64,000 nucleotides of DNA from the NCBI GenBank assembly GCA_051362555.1, contig CM120645.1, positions 7,192,001 through 7,256,000 of the forward strand, written 5' to 3'. Of this stretch, positions 38,504 to 51,150 are shown piece by piece. The stretch's first letter is position 1. Every line of letters starts with the position of its first letter. The translations under genes and the position numbers were made by a program. The notes beneath the pieces were generated by a model. It was not told the origin of the DNA. It saw only the letters and a program-made list of their open reading frames with translations, and searched no databases. This DNA is from Lingula anatina. Its lineage: Eukaryota; Animalia; Brachiopoda.

Positions 38504-39493
38504 AGTTGTTGTTAGTCAAGTATATACCAAAAAATAATTAAAAGGTACTTCTTCTTAAAAAGCAAACATATATCAGCAGTTTTTGTACTAAAAAACCTTC
38601 ACTGTTAGTTGGGGAAATAATATGAGTGAGGGTCCAATTTGGTATACCCGTTGCGTGGATGTCACTTTTTATCTCTTGACATGAGTGAAACGCTCATATT
38701 ATTTAGTTCGAATCCCATTCCTGTGACTTGTGAATGCAACTCTCTTCTTCGTCAGTGGTTGTGATTTCGAACTTTGTTTCCTGTACTCCCAATGAGATAT
38801 GAATAAAGTTTAATTTACTGTGACCTGTATATTGATGATTTTATTTCCTGTGAATTGTGATCTCTACCCTCCTCAATGGAACCCTCAAGAGCGGCTGGTG
38901 CTGTGACTGCATTAAAAATTACTTACTGCATCTTTTACCACTTGATAATTCAGTAGGACAGATTCAAACCAGCATAACGACCATCAATTTTTTATAATAA
39001 AATAAAATAAAATAAGATATTCAGAAAATGTGACTTGCAAAGGAATTCAAGCCAAGTGAAGTTCAAAGTTGCACCTTGAAATCATCAGTATGTAAAAAAT
39101 TTAATTCTAACAAAAAATTATATTATTTCCAGAAAAGTCAAACAATAAGACATGTTTTCCAATTGAAGCTTTATTTTAGTCCTAAGTTACCTTTCTGTAA
39201 GTTTGAGAAGAGCAAGTGACATGGTTTTCCTTGAATGGTTACTATGGAGGCAGTGCCCAAAATAGGGTTTTCCTAATTTTGATGCAATATTACATACTGC
39301 TTAACAGCATGATGACCATCAATTTTTTATAATAAAACAAGTTTATAATAGATATTTAGGAAATGTGACCAGCAAAGGTCTTCAAGCCCATGGAAGACCA
39401 GAGTCACACCTTGAATATGTCAAAATGTAAACAAGAGGTACTGTAATGAAATGAGCTTCATTCCATTTTCAAAACTTTTTTCACATCAAACAA

Positions 39494-42381
39494 AACTAGA
39501 GGATCAGAGAGGCGATACCGCCTCCGAATATTGTACCACCAGCTGGAGTAAGCGCATTCGTATAGACCCCCCCCCACAAAAAAAAAGGAACACCACCAGT
39601 CTTGTGCTTGACAAGCTGTAAAAAAATGCAATCAACAAGAATTCTCAAAATATGCAAAAAAAATATATATAACTAAAAATGGTACAATCAAAGTTCAGTT
39701 CATCGTAAGGTAGTTCAAAGGTCAATTTCAAGGTCACATTTAGATTGCCAGTACATGACTTCCTATTCAAGTTCAATAGTAACTATGGACCTATCTCTGC
39801 CAGTTTTGGAGATGAAAGGGAACCAAAATTTGCAAAGTTCAATTCACGATAAAAAATAGGTCAAAGGTCAATTTCAAAGTCACATTTAGTTTGCCAGTAT
39901 ATGACTTCCTATTCAAGTTCAATAGTAACTATGGACCTATCTTTGCCAGTTTTGGAGATAAAATGGAACCAAAATTTGCAAAGTTCAATTCATGATGAAA
40001 AGTAGGTCAAAGGTCAATTTCAAGGTCACATTAAGATTGCCAGTATATGACTTCCTATTCAAGTTCAATAGTTACTATGGACCTATCTCTGCCAGTTTTG
40101 GAGATAAAAGGGAACCAAAATTTGCAAAGTTCAATTCATGATAAAAAGTAGGTCAAAGGTCAATTTCAAGGCCATATTTAGATTGCCAATATATGACTTC
40201 CTATTCAAGTTCAATAGTAACTGTGGGCGTATCATTGCCAGTTTTGGAGATAAAAGGGAACTAAAATTTGCAAAGATAAGTTCATGGTGAAAAGTAGGTC
40301 AAAGGTCAATTTCAAGGTCACATTTAGATTGCCAGTATATGACTTCCTATTCAAGTTCAATAGTAACTATGGACCTATCTCTGCTAGTTTTGGAGATAAA
40401 AGGGAACAAAATTTGCAAAGTTCAGTTCATGATTAAAAGTAGGTCAAAGGTCAATTTCAAGGTCACATTAAGATTGCCAGTATATGACTTCCTATTCAAG
40501 TTCAATAGTTACTATGGACCTATCTCTGCCAGTTTTGGAGATAAAAGGGAACCAAAATTTGCAAAGTTCAATTCATGATAAAAAGTAGGTCAAAGGTCAA
40601 TTTCAAGGCCACATTTAGATTGCCAATATATGACTTCCTATTCAAGTTCAATAGTAACTGTGGGCGTATCATTGCCAGTTTTGGAGATAAAAGGGAACTA
40701 AAATTTGCAAAGATAAGTTCATGGTGAAAAGTAGGTCAAAGGTCAATTTCAAGGTCACAGTAAATTGCCTCTAATGACTTTCTATTCAAATTCAATAGTA
40801 ACTATGGGCATATCTCTGCCAGTTTTGAAAATAAAAGCATTAAAAGGTTGCAAAGTTCAGTTTATGGTGTAAAGTAGGTCAAAGGTCAATTTCAAGGTCA
40901 GAGTAAGATTACAAGAATATGACTTCCTATTCAACTTCAATAGTAACTATGGACCTATCTCTGCCAGGTTTGGAGTTAAAAGGGAAACATATTAGCAAAG
41001 TTCAGTTCATGGTGATAAGTAGGTCAAAGGTCAATTTCAAGGTCACAGTAAATTGCCTCTAATGACTTTCTATTCAAATTCAACAGTAACTATGGGCGTA
41101 TCTTTGCCAGTTTTGGAGATAAAAGGTAACTAAAATTTGCAAAGTTAAGTTCATGGTAAAAAGTAGGTCATAGGTCAATTTCAAGGTCACATTAAGATTG
41201 CCAGTATATGACTTCCTATTCAAGTTCAATAATAGCTATGGACGTATCATTGTCAGTTTTGGAGATAAAAGGGAACCAAAATTTGCAAAGTTCAATTCAA
41301 AATAAAAAGTAGGTCAAAGGTCAATTTAAAGGTCACATTTAGATTGCCAGTATATGACTTCCTATTCAAATTCAATAGTAACTATGGACCTATCTCTGCC
41401 AGTTTTGGAGATATAAGGGACTAAATGTTATAATTTTGGAGTTACAATAATGTGCCATAAATTTCCTACAGAAAAAATTAATTAAAATAAATAAAAGGTC
41501 ATTTTGGTTGAAATTCTTGAAATGGGAGGTTTTCAGAAGTTCCAGATGTTCAAATTTCATAAAATAATGTCATTTTTGACCAGAAGTTGTCTGCCTTGCC
41601 AAGCCTTATGTTTTATTTTCCCGGGGTTCAAAATTTATTATCCATTAACGTACTGCACATTTTGCTTTCACCACCAATATGTACTTCTGATACAGCGTTA
41701 CTCGAAAACCGAATGGAATACAAAAACATGGAGACCACTTCCAGTGTTGGGCTTTACATGCTCTACAAAATGCACAAAAGAATGGGTCTCTAGCATTAAC
41801 GGTTCCCGAATTAGAGACAGTTTTCAGTTTTGGTATCTTATGGCCGCTACTCCCGTGAAAATGCACCGCTTGACCCCAAATTCATGGAGATGAAAGATGA
41901 CCCAAAGGGTAACACTTTCCAATAATATTATATTGTTTAAGTCTGTATAGTGTCTGAATAACAGGGCAAATAAATTTTTTTTTGTAAAAAATTTCGTTTT
42001 TTTGAAAATTTTGGCTCGTTTGACCTTGAAATAAAGGTCAAAGGTCAAATCCAAGGGCATATTTGAAATCTACACATATGACTTTTGGAAAGCCAGCTGT
42101 AGAAAATTTTCCCATAATTCCTTCTGTAGGGTAGATAATTAGCATTTAATTTTGCCATTTTTGGACAAGGGTGCATTGCAATGAGTGCCACACCTTGACC
42201 CTAATACCGACAAAGCCCAAATTTTACGTGGAATGAGTTGAGATTATAGGTGACCTAAATCCAAGAGATGGGTACGGAGGCCCTTACCGTCTACGAGGAG
42301 AAGCTGTAACGGTAACATGGCGGCAGAACAATCCGGACGGCACTAAAACCATGTGTACTGCCAGCGCTGGTGGTACAATAA
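39494..42381 (-). mobile_element. HINE/Helentron-derived element, family A, long copy carrying a 146-bp tandem array
   Basis: AA-CTAG, a perfect hairpin GAGGCG-ATAC-CGCCTC and subterminal IR TATTGTACCACCAGC at the left; GCTGGTGGTACAATAA at the right. Empty paralogous site at ~30361-30370 shows no TSD. No transposase ORF. Confidence 0.85.
39685..41420. repeat. ~12-unit tandem satellite with a 143-146-bp period
   Basis: The TAGGTCAAAGGTCA anchor (single mismatches in the 39711 and 41164 copies) recurs at 39711, 39857, 40003, 40149, 40295, 40440, 40586, 40732, 40875, 41020, 41164 and 41310. Confidence 0.95.
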
Positions 42382-43024
42382 TCAATTTACTGTCATTTTT
42401 ATATGATCAACTAAGAAAATTGTTGAAATAAGAAAAATATCAATAGAACTATTTTAAATGTCTAATATGCTCTATTCTGAGATTCTGAACATAGTGAATG
42501 ATTTAATCTGACAAACTGCAATGATATGAATTCATTTCCATTTTTGACACTTTATTACACAATACACCAAAACAGGTTTACCATCTTTTTTGTATAATCA
42601 ACAACTTACAATATTGTTAAGATACAGAAAATGTAAAATGAACACTCTTACTTATCTAATTAGTTTAATAATGAGACTCTTAACATGCATATGAATTAAA
42701 TCTGAGGAAAAACCATTTACATACAAAAAAGGCATAACTGCACATATGCTGATAAAAGCTAAAAAAAGCATAACTTTTGAAAAAATGTCCTCGTCATCCT
42801 GATTTGGGAACTTGACCTGCATTTTATGAATATTCATGAATTCTTTAAGTTTCAAGTCAAAAGGTAAAATGGTTTTCCACTTATCTTGTTGTCTGTGTTG
42901 CAAATATGATTCAAAAAGTGAAAAAACAGCATAACTTTTATGAAAATGACCTGTTCATGCTGATTTTCAATCATGACGTGTTTTTTGAATATGCATCAGT
43001 TCTGTAGGTTTCAAGCCAAAAGGT

Positions 43025-45146
43025 ACAAGGCAGCAAAGCTGTCAAATGTACAGACAAAAAGCAGACAATAAAAATGCACAAAACAGGCTACTGTCAATTC
43101 TGATGCAAAAGTACATTATGCTTAACTGCAAATTCAACATCAAATTTTAATTATGCTCAACAGGTGATACCAATGTAAGTGAAATGTGTAACAAGCGTAA
43201 GGCTTCAGGCCCATGGGAGTTTAAGTTCACACTTTGAAAATGCCAGAATGAGAAAAATGAAAATTTCACATAAAACTGCTTAAATTCAATAATAAATGAT
43301 AACCCATTTGACTATAAATAGCATGGACATGTAAAAAATTTGATTACCATTTGGCTTCATGTCCATGGGAGCTTCGAGTCCCACAATGAATTTGCCAACA
43401 TGATAAAAATGAATATTTCACTAAAATGTATAACTTCCAGAAAAAGAAGCCAATTAGACTGCTTTTCCAAATCAGGCTGCATTTTAGTCCTTTGTTTCTT
43501 TTTTGAAAGTTTGACAATCATAAGTAACATGGTTTTCCCATAATGGTCATCATGGCAGCAGCACCCAAAATTGTGTTTTCTCCTATTTTAATGCAATATT
43601 ACATAATGCTTAACAGCATAATGACCATCAGTTTTTAATAATAAAAGATCCATATCATGGATTTTCAGAAAATGTGACTAGCATGGGTCTTCAAGCCTGT
43701 GGAGGTTCTAAGTCACACCCTGAAAATGCCATAAGTGAAAAATCAAATTTTCACAAAAAAACTGTTTAATTGTTAGAAAAATTTACCAAACAGACTGCAT
43801 TGCCTATTGAAGCTTTATTTAAGTCCCATGTTTCTTCCTGTAAGTTTGAGAACAGTAAGTGACATGGTTTTCCTTAAATGGTCATCATGGGAGCAGTGTC
43901 CAAAATAGGGGTGTCTTCAAATTTTGATGCAATATTACATAATGTTTAACAGGATAATTACCATCAATTTTTAATAATAAAATATTAGTATCATGGATAT
44001 TCAGAAAATGTTCCTAGCAAAGGTCTTCAGGCCCAAGGAACTTCAAAGTCACACCTTGAAAATGCCAAAATGTAGACAAGACAGCACTGTCCTGAAATGT
44101 GTTTTTTTCAATTTTTAACAATTTTTTAACATATAACAATTTACTGCCATTTATATATGATCAACTAAGAAAATTGATGAGATGGGAAAAATATCAATAG
44201 AACAGTGTTTAATGTCCAATTTCCTCCATTCTGAGTTTCTGAACATAGTGAATGAATGAATCTGACAACCTGCAATGATATGAGTTTATTTCCATTTTTG
44301 AAACTCTATTATACAATATATGATAACAAGTTTACCATCATTTTTACATAATCAACTAACAATGTTGTAAAGATGCAGGAAATGTCAAACAAACACTTTT
44401 ACGAATCTTATTAGTTAAATAATGAGACTGTTAACATGCCTAAGAATTGAATCTGAGGAAATGTGAAAAAAACAGCATAATGTATAAAATAATGGCCTGA
44501 TTATGCTGATTTTCGAACTTGACCTGCGTTTTAGTAAGATTAATTACTCCTGTGAGTTTCATGACAACAGGTCTATCAGTTTTCCTTGAAATGTGTTAAC
44601 AGTGTTGCACATATGCTGAAAAGTGAAAAAAAACAGCATAACTACTAAAATAGTGGCCGGATCATGCCGATTTTCGAACTTGATCTGCGTTTTAGTAAGA
44701 TTGATTACTCCTGTGAGTTTCATGACAACAGGCCTATCGGTTTTCCTTGAAATGTGTTAACAGTGTTGCATATATGCTAAAAAGTGTTAAAAACAGCATA
44801 AATTCTACAATAATGGCCCGATCATGCTGATTTTCGAACTTGACCTGCGTTTTATGAATATTAGTCAGCTCTGTAAATATAAAGCTAAAAAGTAAAACTG
44901 TCTTCCACTTATGGTGTTAACGCTGAAAGTGCACGGCGACGGCGACATGATTGGCGACGGCAACGGCGACCGCGACGACAGACGCAGGTGATGGCAATAT
45001 GTACAGACACATCTGTGTCTGTACATAAAAATGCTTTTCCACTTAACGTGTTATCTGTGAACGTGCACAGCGACAACGGCCATGACGACGACAACAGACA
45101 CAGGTGACAGCTTTATGTACAGACACAAATGTGTCTGTACATAAAA
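43025..45146 (-). mobile_element. HINE-like family B (probably nested copies) with ~335-bp and ~160-bp internal repeats
   Basis: Left end ACAAG-GCAGC-AAA-GCTGTC-AAATGTACAGACA. At the right, (GAC/GGC) microsatellites plus terminal hairpins TATGTACAGACAC..GTGTCTGTACATAAAA at 44998-45030 and 45112-45146. 160-bp units at 44472, 44632 and 44792; ~335-bp units at 43352, 43686 and 44021. A second ACAAG+hairpin end lies at ~44076. Confidence 0.65.
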
Positions 45147-45378
45147 ACAGCAGAACTTTTAAGAAAATGTGCCAATGAAGCTGTTTGAACTTGACCTGCA
45201 TTTTATGAATATTCATGGATTAAGAATGTTTGAAGACAAAAGGCCAAATGGTTTTGGAATTCTTGCATTATCTTTCAAAGTGCACTGCAACAGCAACAGC
45301 AACTACAGAAACAGGTGATGGCTATATGAACAGACATCTAAAGAGCTTGCTATTGTCATTTAAGACAGACTAAGGCAA

Positions 45379-46791
45379 CTAACAGATGACTTTGTATAAT
45401 AGATGGGCAATGGTCATGCCCACATCACCAATGTGAATAGGATCCCCTGGCAACTTAGCCACAGATCCGCAAAGATAATGGAGGGAGTCACATCTTCCAT
45501 CAATATGCTGATTTGTAATATAAAAAGTATCAAAAATATCCACCCTTAGTTCAACCATGTCCTTTTTTATCATATCACTAGCTGCAGCTTTTGAAAATCG
45601 ATTGCATGTTCCTTGCGCACGTCCCCCAGCAGGGATGGTGACAAAATAAATTTTGATGTTGCTAGTATTTGGGTTCGATCTCAAACTTTTCAGATAGTCA
45701 GTGAACTCTTTGGTTTCCTTATATAGCCGTGAAGGTCCATCATTTTGTTTTGATAAAGTCCATAAACCATAGCCTATCACAATCACATCAGAATCAGACC
45801 ATTGTTGTTTAGAGGAAAGGTACCTTTTTAAATTTTCTTTTGCATCATATGGATACCCACCCCACATAGCTCCAATGTTGTCTTCAAAATGATACAGTCC
45901 CTGCTTTAGTTGTTGAGTTATAAAAGTTTCCTTGCTTCCAAGTAACTCCAAAAGGTAAAAAGCTGCATATCGCATGTGAGAATCACCAACAAAAGCTATG
46001 CTGGCTTTCTTTCTTTTACATTCAAACAGTTCCTTGGTTGTCATGAAGTGGAAGAGACAATCATCTTCTGTAAACCACAGCCATGTTCCATTCTGTTTTA
46101 TCCATTTGCCATTCATGTAATCTAAAACAGTTTTCTGCTCGCAAATCTCTTTTCTAATTTTTGTCTTTTCTTTTGATATACCTGGAGAAGGACATAACTC
46201 GATTGGCTTGAATGTTTTTGTAATTTTTCCAGGGTAACCCTGCAAAATGCCATGACTTCTATACGCCTCAAAGTCAACATACTCCAAAGTCACTTTTACT
46301 TGAACACACTTGATGCTTGGCCGCCGACAACACACTTCATAAGTTCCATTGAAATGATCCTGAACTGAACAAAACAAACTCTCTTCCCCTTCTGCCAAAG
46401 TTCTAAAACTGCTTCCGCCAGCTGTTGGAGATAGAATACCATGGTCCTTAGTTTTGGTCCTTTCAGTTATGATTGCTCTTAAGTGGGTAGTATCCACTTC
46501 AGTGTGCATTTCGTGAACATACTGCTTTACTTTATTTTGATATGTACGGTGTGCATCAGAGTTCTTCAATCCAACAAACATAGAGGCTGTGTCGTTCTTG
46601 CCAAATTTTAACCAGCAATGATAGAGTTTTTCTGCCTCATGGTTCTCTTTCCGAGGTTTAATGCATGGCGAGCTCTTCGGAATACGTGTCATCCTGGGTT
46701 CAGTATCATTTTTCCAGACTAAAGTCATAAATAACAAGGAAACTATCGAGACAAAACACCCAGTCACAAACAATCTTCTGAAAAGTGTCAT
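45379..46791 (-). CDS. NXPE/PC-esterase-like SGNH protein, copy 4 (subtype B, 470 aa)
   Basis: Intact ORF with a TM anchor and GDS and DSLH motifs. The C-terminal two-thirds is nearly identical to copy 2. Confidence 0.8.
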   Translation of the reverse strand: MTLFRRLFVTGCFVSIVSLLFMTLVWKNDTEPRMTRIPKSSPCIKPRKENHEAEKLYHCWLKFGKNDTASMFVGLKNSDAHRTYQNKVKQYVHEMHTEVDTTHLRAIITERTKTKDHGILSPTAGGSSFRTLAEGEESLFCSVQDHFNGTYEVCCRRPSIKCVQVKVTLEYVDFEAYRSHGILQGYPGKITKTFKPIELCPSPGISKEKTKIRKEICEQKTVLDYMNGKWIKQNGTWLWFTEDDCLFHFMTTKELFECKRKKASIAFVGDSHMRYAAFYLLELLGSKETFITQQLKQGLYHFEDNIGAMWGGYPYDAKENLKRYLSSKQQWSDSDVIVIGYGLWTLSKQNDGPSRLYKETKEFTDYLKSLRSNPNTSNIKIYFVTIPAGGRAQGTCNRFSKAAASDMIKKDMVELRVDIFDTFYITNQHIDGRCDSLHYLCGSVAKLPGDPIHIGDVGMTIAHLLYKVIC

Positions 46792-48401
46792 AGTAATTTT
46801 CAGTCAAGTACACACCAAGAAATAATTAAAAGGTACTTCTTAAAATTAAAGCACTATAAGCATAATATGCAGTTTTCGTAATGAAAGCCCTTCACTGTTA
46901 GTTGGATATATAATATGACTGAGGTTTCTGTTTGGTTTACCAATGAAAGTCGCTTTTTATTTACTGACATGAGCGAAATGCTCATATTATTTAGTGTGAA
47001 TCCCATTCCTGTGACTTGTGAATGCAACTCTTCTTTGTCTTCTGTAAAATGAAGTCATTACACTCACTGATCTGTGATTTTAACCTGTGGTTCCTGTACT
47101 CCAAATGAGATATGAATAAAATTTTATTTACTGTGATTTGTATATTGAATCATGATAATTTTATTTCCAGTGAATTGTGATAACTAACCCCCTCAATGGG
47201 TCCCTCATGAAGTAAATGGTTCTATGAATTGTTTATTGCATCATTTACCACATATTCCAGTAGGATAGATTCAGAGGTCCTGCTGGCAATCCACGTCTTA
47301 TATACTTTATTTCAGATGAGTTAAAAGTTTTTCTTTGTAAATATTTAATGAACCATATGTTTCGTCTTCCATATCTTTTGGTTAACCTTCAGATGACGTA
47401 GAATCATGACAACAGATTTTGTTAAGTGTCTACATTTTTAAAAATCTTTTACATAGAGGTTTATAATGTTCAACTCTGAAAAGAATTTTTTTTATTTTTA
47501 CCAAACTTAATAGAGTTAATTTAATTTTTTTTCAAAATTAATACCATAAACATGCACGACACTAGTGTCTTCAGTCAGAATCTTTCTGTTGCATTGTGAA
47601 TCCCTTACTTATATGAGTCTGGCAATAACTGCTTACAGTCATTTGTTTTGGATTATAGCCTGTTAATGTGAGCTAGGGAGAGTTGTTCTCTTGAAATTGA
47701 CAGATGGATGTTTAAGATGAGTTTCATAATAATCATCATTATCAGTATTTTTGAAACTCAAAATTTGATGTTACTATACATGACTCATTCTTACTCCTTG
47801 TTTTAATCTTGAATACATTCTAAATCACATTTTCAAGAACTGCATCAAAATTGAAATTCATGTATGCAGTGGACAAAGTCATAAAATAACTTTTTAAAAA
47901 TACTGCATACAGTCAAAATTAAATTCTGTCCATTTGATTATTTATTTCACGGTCTGACATGTATTCTTTAACTGGAGAAATTGACAAAAGAAATGGAAGG
48001 GAATTTAAGTTAATATACAGTTGTTGGTTTTTCTTTAACAGAGATATTTTAATATGAGTTGTTACAGAATTATATATATATATATGGAATTATAATGTGG
48101 AACTTGAAAGGATCAAGCTGTCATCAGTCAATCAATTTTAAACTACCCCTATACAAAACTCACGCTGCGGTTGAAGATGTGAATAATGATATTCCTTTTG
48201 AAGCTTGACTTGTGTTAGGTAGCAAAGACCTTTGTTTACATAGGAGTGAAACTCTCCCAACTGGGATATGGAAATGTTATGCCTGGTGAAGAATACATTT
48301 CAACTGATCATGTCAATTTCAAAAGATGTGATATTACTGCCTATAATTTTCTACAATTATGTAATAGCTAGAAGACCACTGGGAGAGAGCAGTTACCGGT
48401 A

Positions 48402-51095
48402 TTATATACATCTTTTGATCAGCAGAAACTGCAGATCCATAACATTAGTACCTGTTGCTCCTGTAACCAATAAATCCTGCCCATTATTAGCTTGTTTAAA
48501 GAAGTTATAGCTATTATTGTCATTCAAGAATTCAACAGCATCAAGGTCAGCACTTAAAGTCAAGGTCATGGGGTCAGCAAATGCGCCTGCTGCATCTGTG
48601 GGACCATCTTGTCCATCAGTACCTACACTCAGAAACTGGATGTTAAAATCATTTTTATATGGACTGTCAGAAAATAACATATTCAGTTCTATGGCTGTTG
48701 AGTGGGCCATTTCCTGGTTTCGTCCACCCTGACCTTGACCTTTGACACTGACTGTAGTCTCTCCACCACATATTACACACAAAGGCTGGCCAGAATTTTG
48801 TGCCTGTGACACAGCTCGACGCAAACTATTCACAGCTTCTTTTGTCATTCCTGTCTGTACTAAGCTAATTTCTGCCTTAATCAGGGACTTATTAGATGAC
48901 ATGTGTTGCTGTTTGTCTTTAAATGACTCACAGATAAAATGGGCCATCTTCCCAAACATCACACCAATGTCTCTTGCCTCCCCCTCCAATTGGTCAGTGA
49001 GGACAAATGCCACATACCCCAGGGCCTCTGCTTTCTCCACTGCTGCCTTGATGGCAATACTGTTACTGCCTATGATAACATTTTGCACCTATTTGTCAGA
49101 AAAAAAATAAATCAGTAAAGTCATTTGGCTCATGCTTTAAGGTCTTTTTGTCATACAATAAAGAAAATATATATAATATACAACTTATTTCAAGGGCTTT
49201 TTGATCAACTTTTAAGGGTTTTGATTCCCTGAGAATTTACATAGTTATTAAGTTAAAATAGCTAATGTGCTAATTATTGCAATACATACGTACTGATCTG
49301 TATTTTTTTTATAAAAATGGATCGCCTCTCAATGTGACTATAGCTTACACCAGAAACAATCTACTTGAATCTGATATATAATCCTAATAAGCTTGTTATT
49401 CCCAAATCAAGCTATGGACTTTTCAGAAGCCTGTCTCACCAAATAAACTAAGCTTGGAAATAGGTCTAAACAATTATAAGTCATCAAAACTTTTGCATAT
49501 TGCAGTTCATATTAAACCCACAGTAGTCTGCTTAAGGAAAGACTGGTCAGAAACATCAGTCATACCTTTCCTGTTATAAAAGAGGTGCAATTTTTGATTA
49601 AATTGAACTGCTACTATAACAGTATTGACTTACCTCGGGTCAAAGAAGACTATGATTTTGATCTAAAAGTTTAGACCAATTTTTGGACTACAGGTACCAG
49701 TTTCACAAAAAACTTAATTCAGGTTCCATGGCTCAGAACTTCATAACAAGGTTACATGGTCATATCTTACCCTATCAGGAACAGTGTAACAGCACTTTCA
49801 TGGAAATCCTAGTCAACTAAGCCAGGGAACTGACTTCAGTTTTTTTGTGAAACTGGGGCCAGCTCTTCTGTGAAACAGGCCCCTAGCCTAGCTACTGACA
49901 TTAGTCAGACTATATCAGGACTAAGCTGGTATTGGGATGGTATATATTTTACCTGATTCCAGTCACATTCAACACTGTCATCACTCAGAAATCTGTTAGT
50001 TTCAGTGGATGAACATCCCTTTTTGAGAGAGTTTTCATTGGCAGCACCCTTTTGAAGAAATGTCAATACTGACTTTGGCACCTTGTCAACTAAATCTAAA
50101 TCTGAAATAAAGGAAAAGCAAAAGGTTTTGATCAATCCATCAATTTTGGAAACTGCTGTTATTATGACTTATATGTGCTGAAATAACCACAGGACTACAA
50201 TAGGAAGAGAGAGAGGGGGGGAGAGAGAGAGACAGAGACAGAGAGAGAGGTTGAAGCTGACTTTTTTATACACAGTATGAATAATATTGTTAAAGGGATC
50301 AATAACTTTATTTTTCATTCAAAATTGCTATGACCAAAACAATCAACATAAGTCAAACTAGTATGGAGATATGTATCCAATTTTTGCTGTAAAATCATTC
50401 ACATATTGCTAAAAAAATCTCAGTCTGGAAGCATTTCAGCCTTTTTAATCTTGGAATTAGAAATATTTTACTACTTCTAATTTTTACCATGAAAAAAAGA
50501 GGAAAAGACTAGGCTTACCAGCAAAGAGGTGAAGACACTGTTGAGCAGAAGACACGTCCTTCACAGTGGGACCACTTGCTATCATATCCAGAGGGTCTCC
50601 GACAATGTCTGACAATATCAGTGAAATCACCTAGATTTACATAACAATATAAGATACAATACAGTTCTGATCAATGATATTCAGTGCTTCCAAGCCACAT
50701 CTGATTCAGTTATTATTGTTGTCATCCTCTGCAAATCCTAAACAAATTGATATTATCATGAATTTATGGGAGAAGATGTGTAAAATCTAAATCACTAAAT
50801 CGATTTTGTTGAATCTTTCTAGTTTGGTCTTCGCTCATTTTTTACGACAATGCTACTTGTGATTAAAGTAAAAATAGATCTAAACAACTGGTCCATCTCT
50901 CTAAAAGATCATGGCAGATGTGTATATGAATATGCTGTACAATATATGCAACTTCATAATATTACATTATACTCTGGCACATTTACTGCTTACTTTTCAC
51001 CTTTTTACCTTTCCTGCCCTGACAACTAGGAAAATAACAAGAAATTGGATGCTGAAACTGGTATCATAAGTCCCTGAAGCGACCACAGCATCAGC

Positions 51096-51150
<55 letters not shown>

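Larger units (their letters stand above)
25364..47700. repeat. Tandem segmental duplication block containing the SGNH gene array
   Basis: 25364-28571 matches 35733-38970; 28390-30131 matches 33975-35731; 29839-30680 matches 38971-39495 plus 42379-42684. 46792-47670 is a more diverged copy of 28097-29280. Confidence 0.9.

Noticed and set aside
39685-41420. Regular repeat array as a possible CRISPR
   Set aside because: The whole 146-bp unit repeats with no unique spacers, there are no cas genes, and the context is eukaryotic.
26675-46791. Bacterial contamination or horizontal transfer as the origin of the intronless SGNH genes
   Set aside because: The type II anchor, Cys-rich NXPE-like domain, N-glycosylation sequons and embedding in host repeats fit an animal secretory-pathway protein. 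Only a phylogeny could reopen this.
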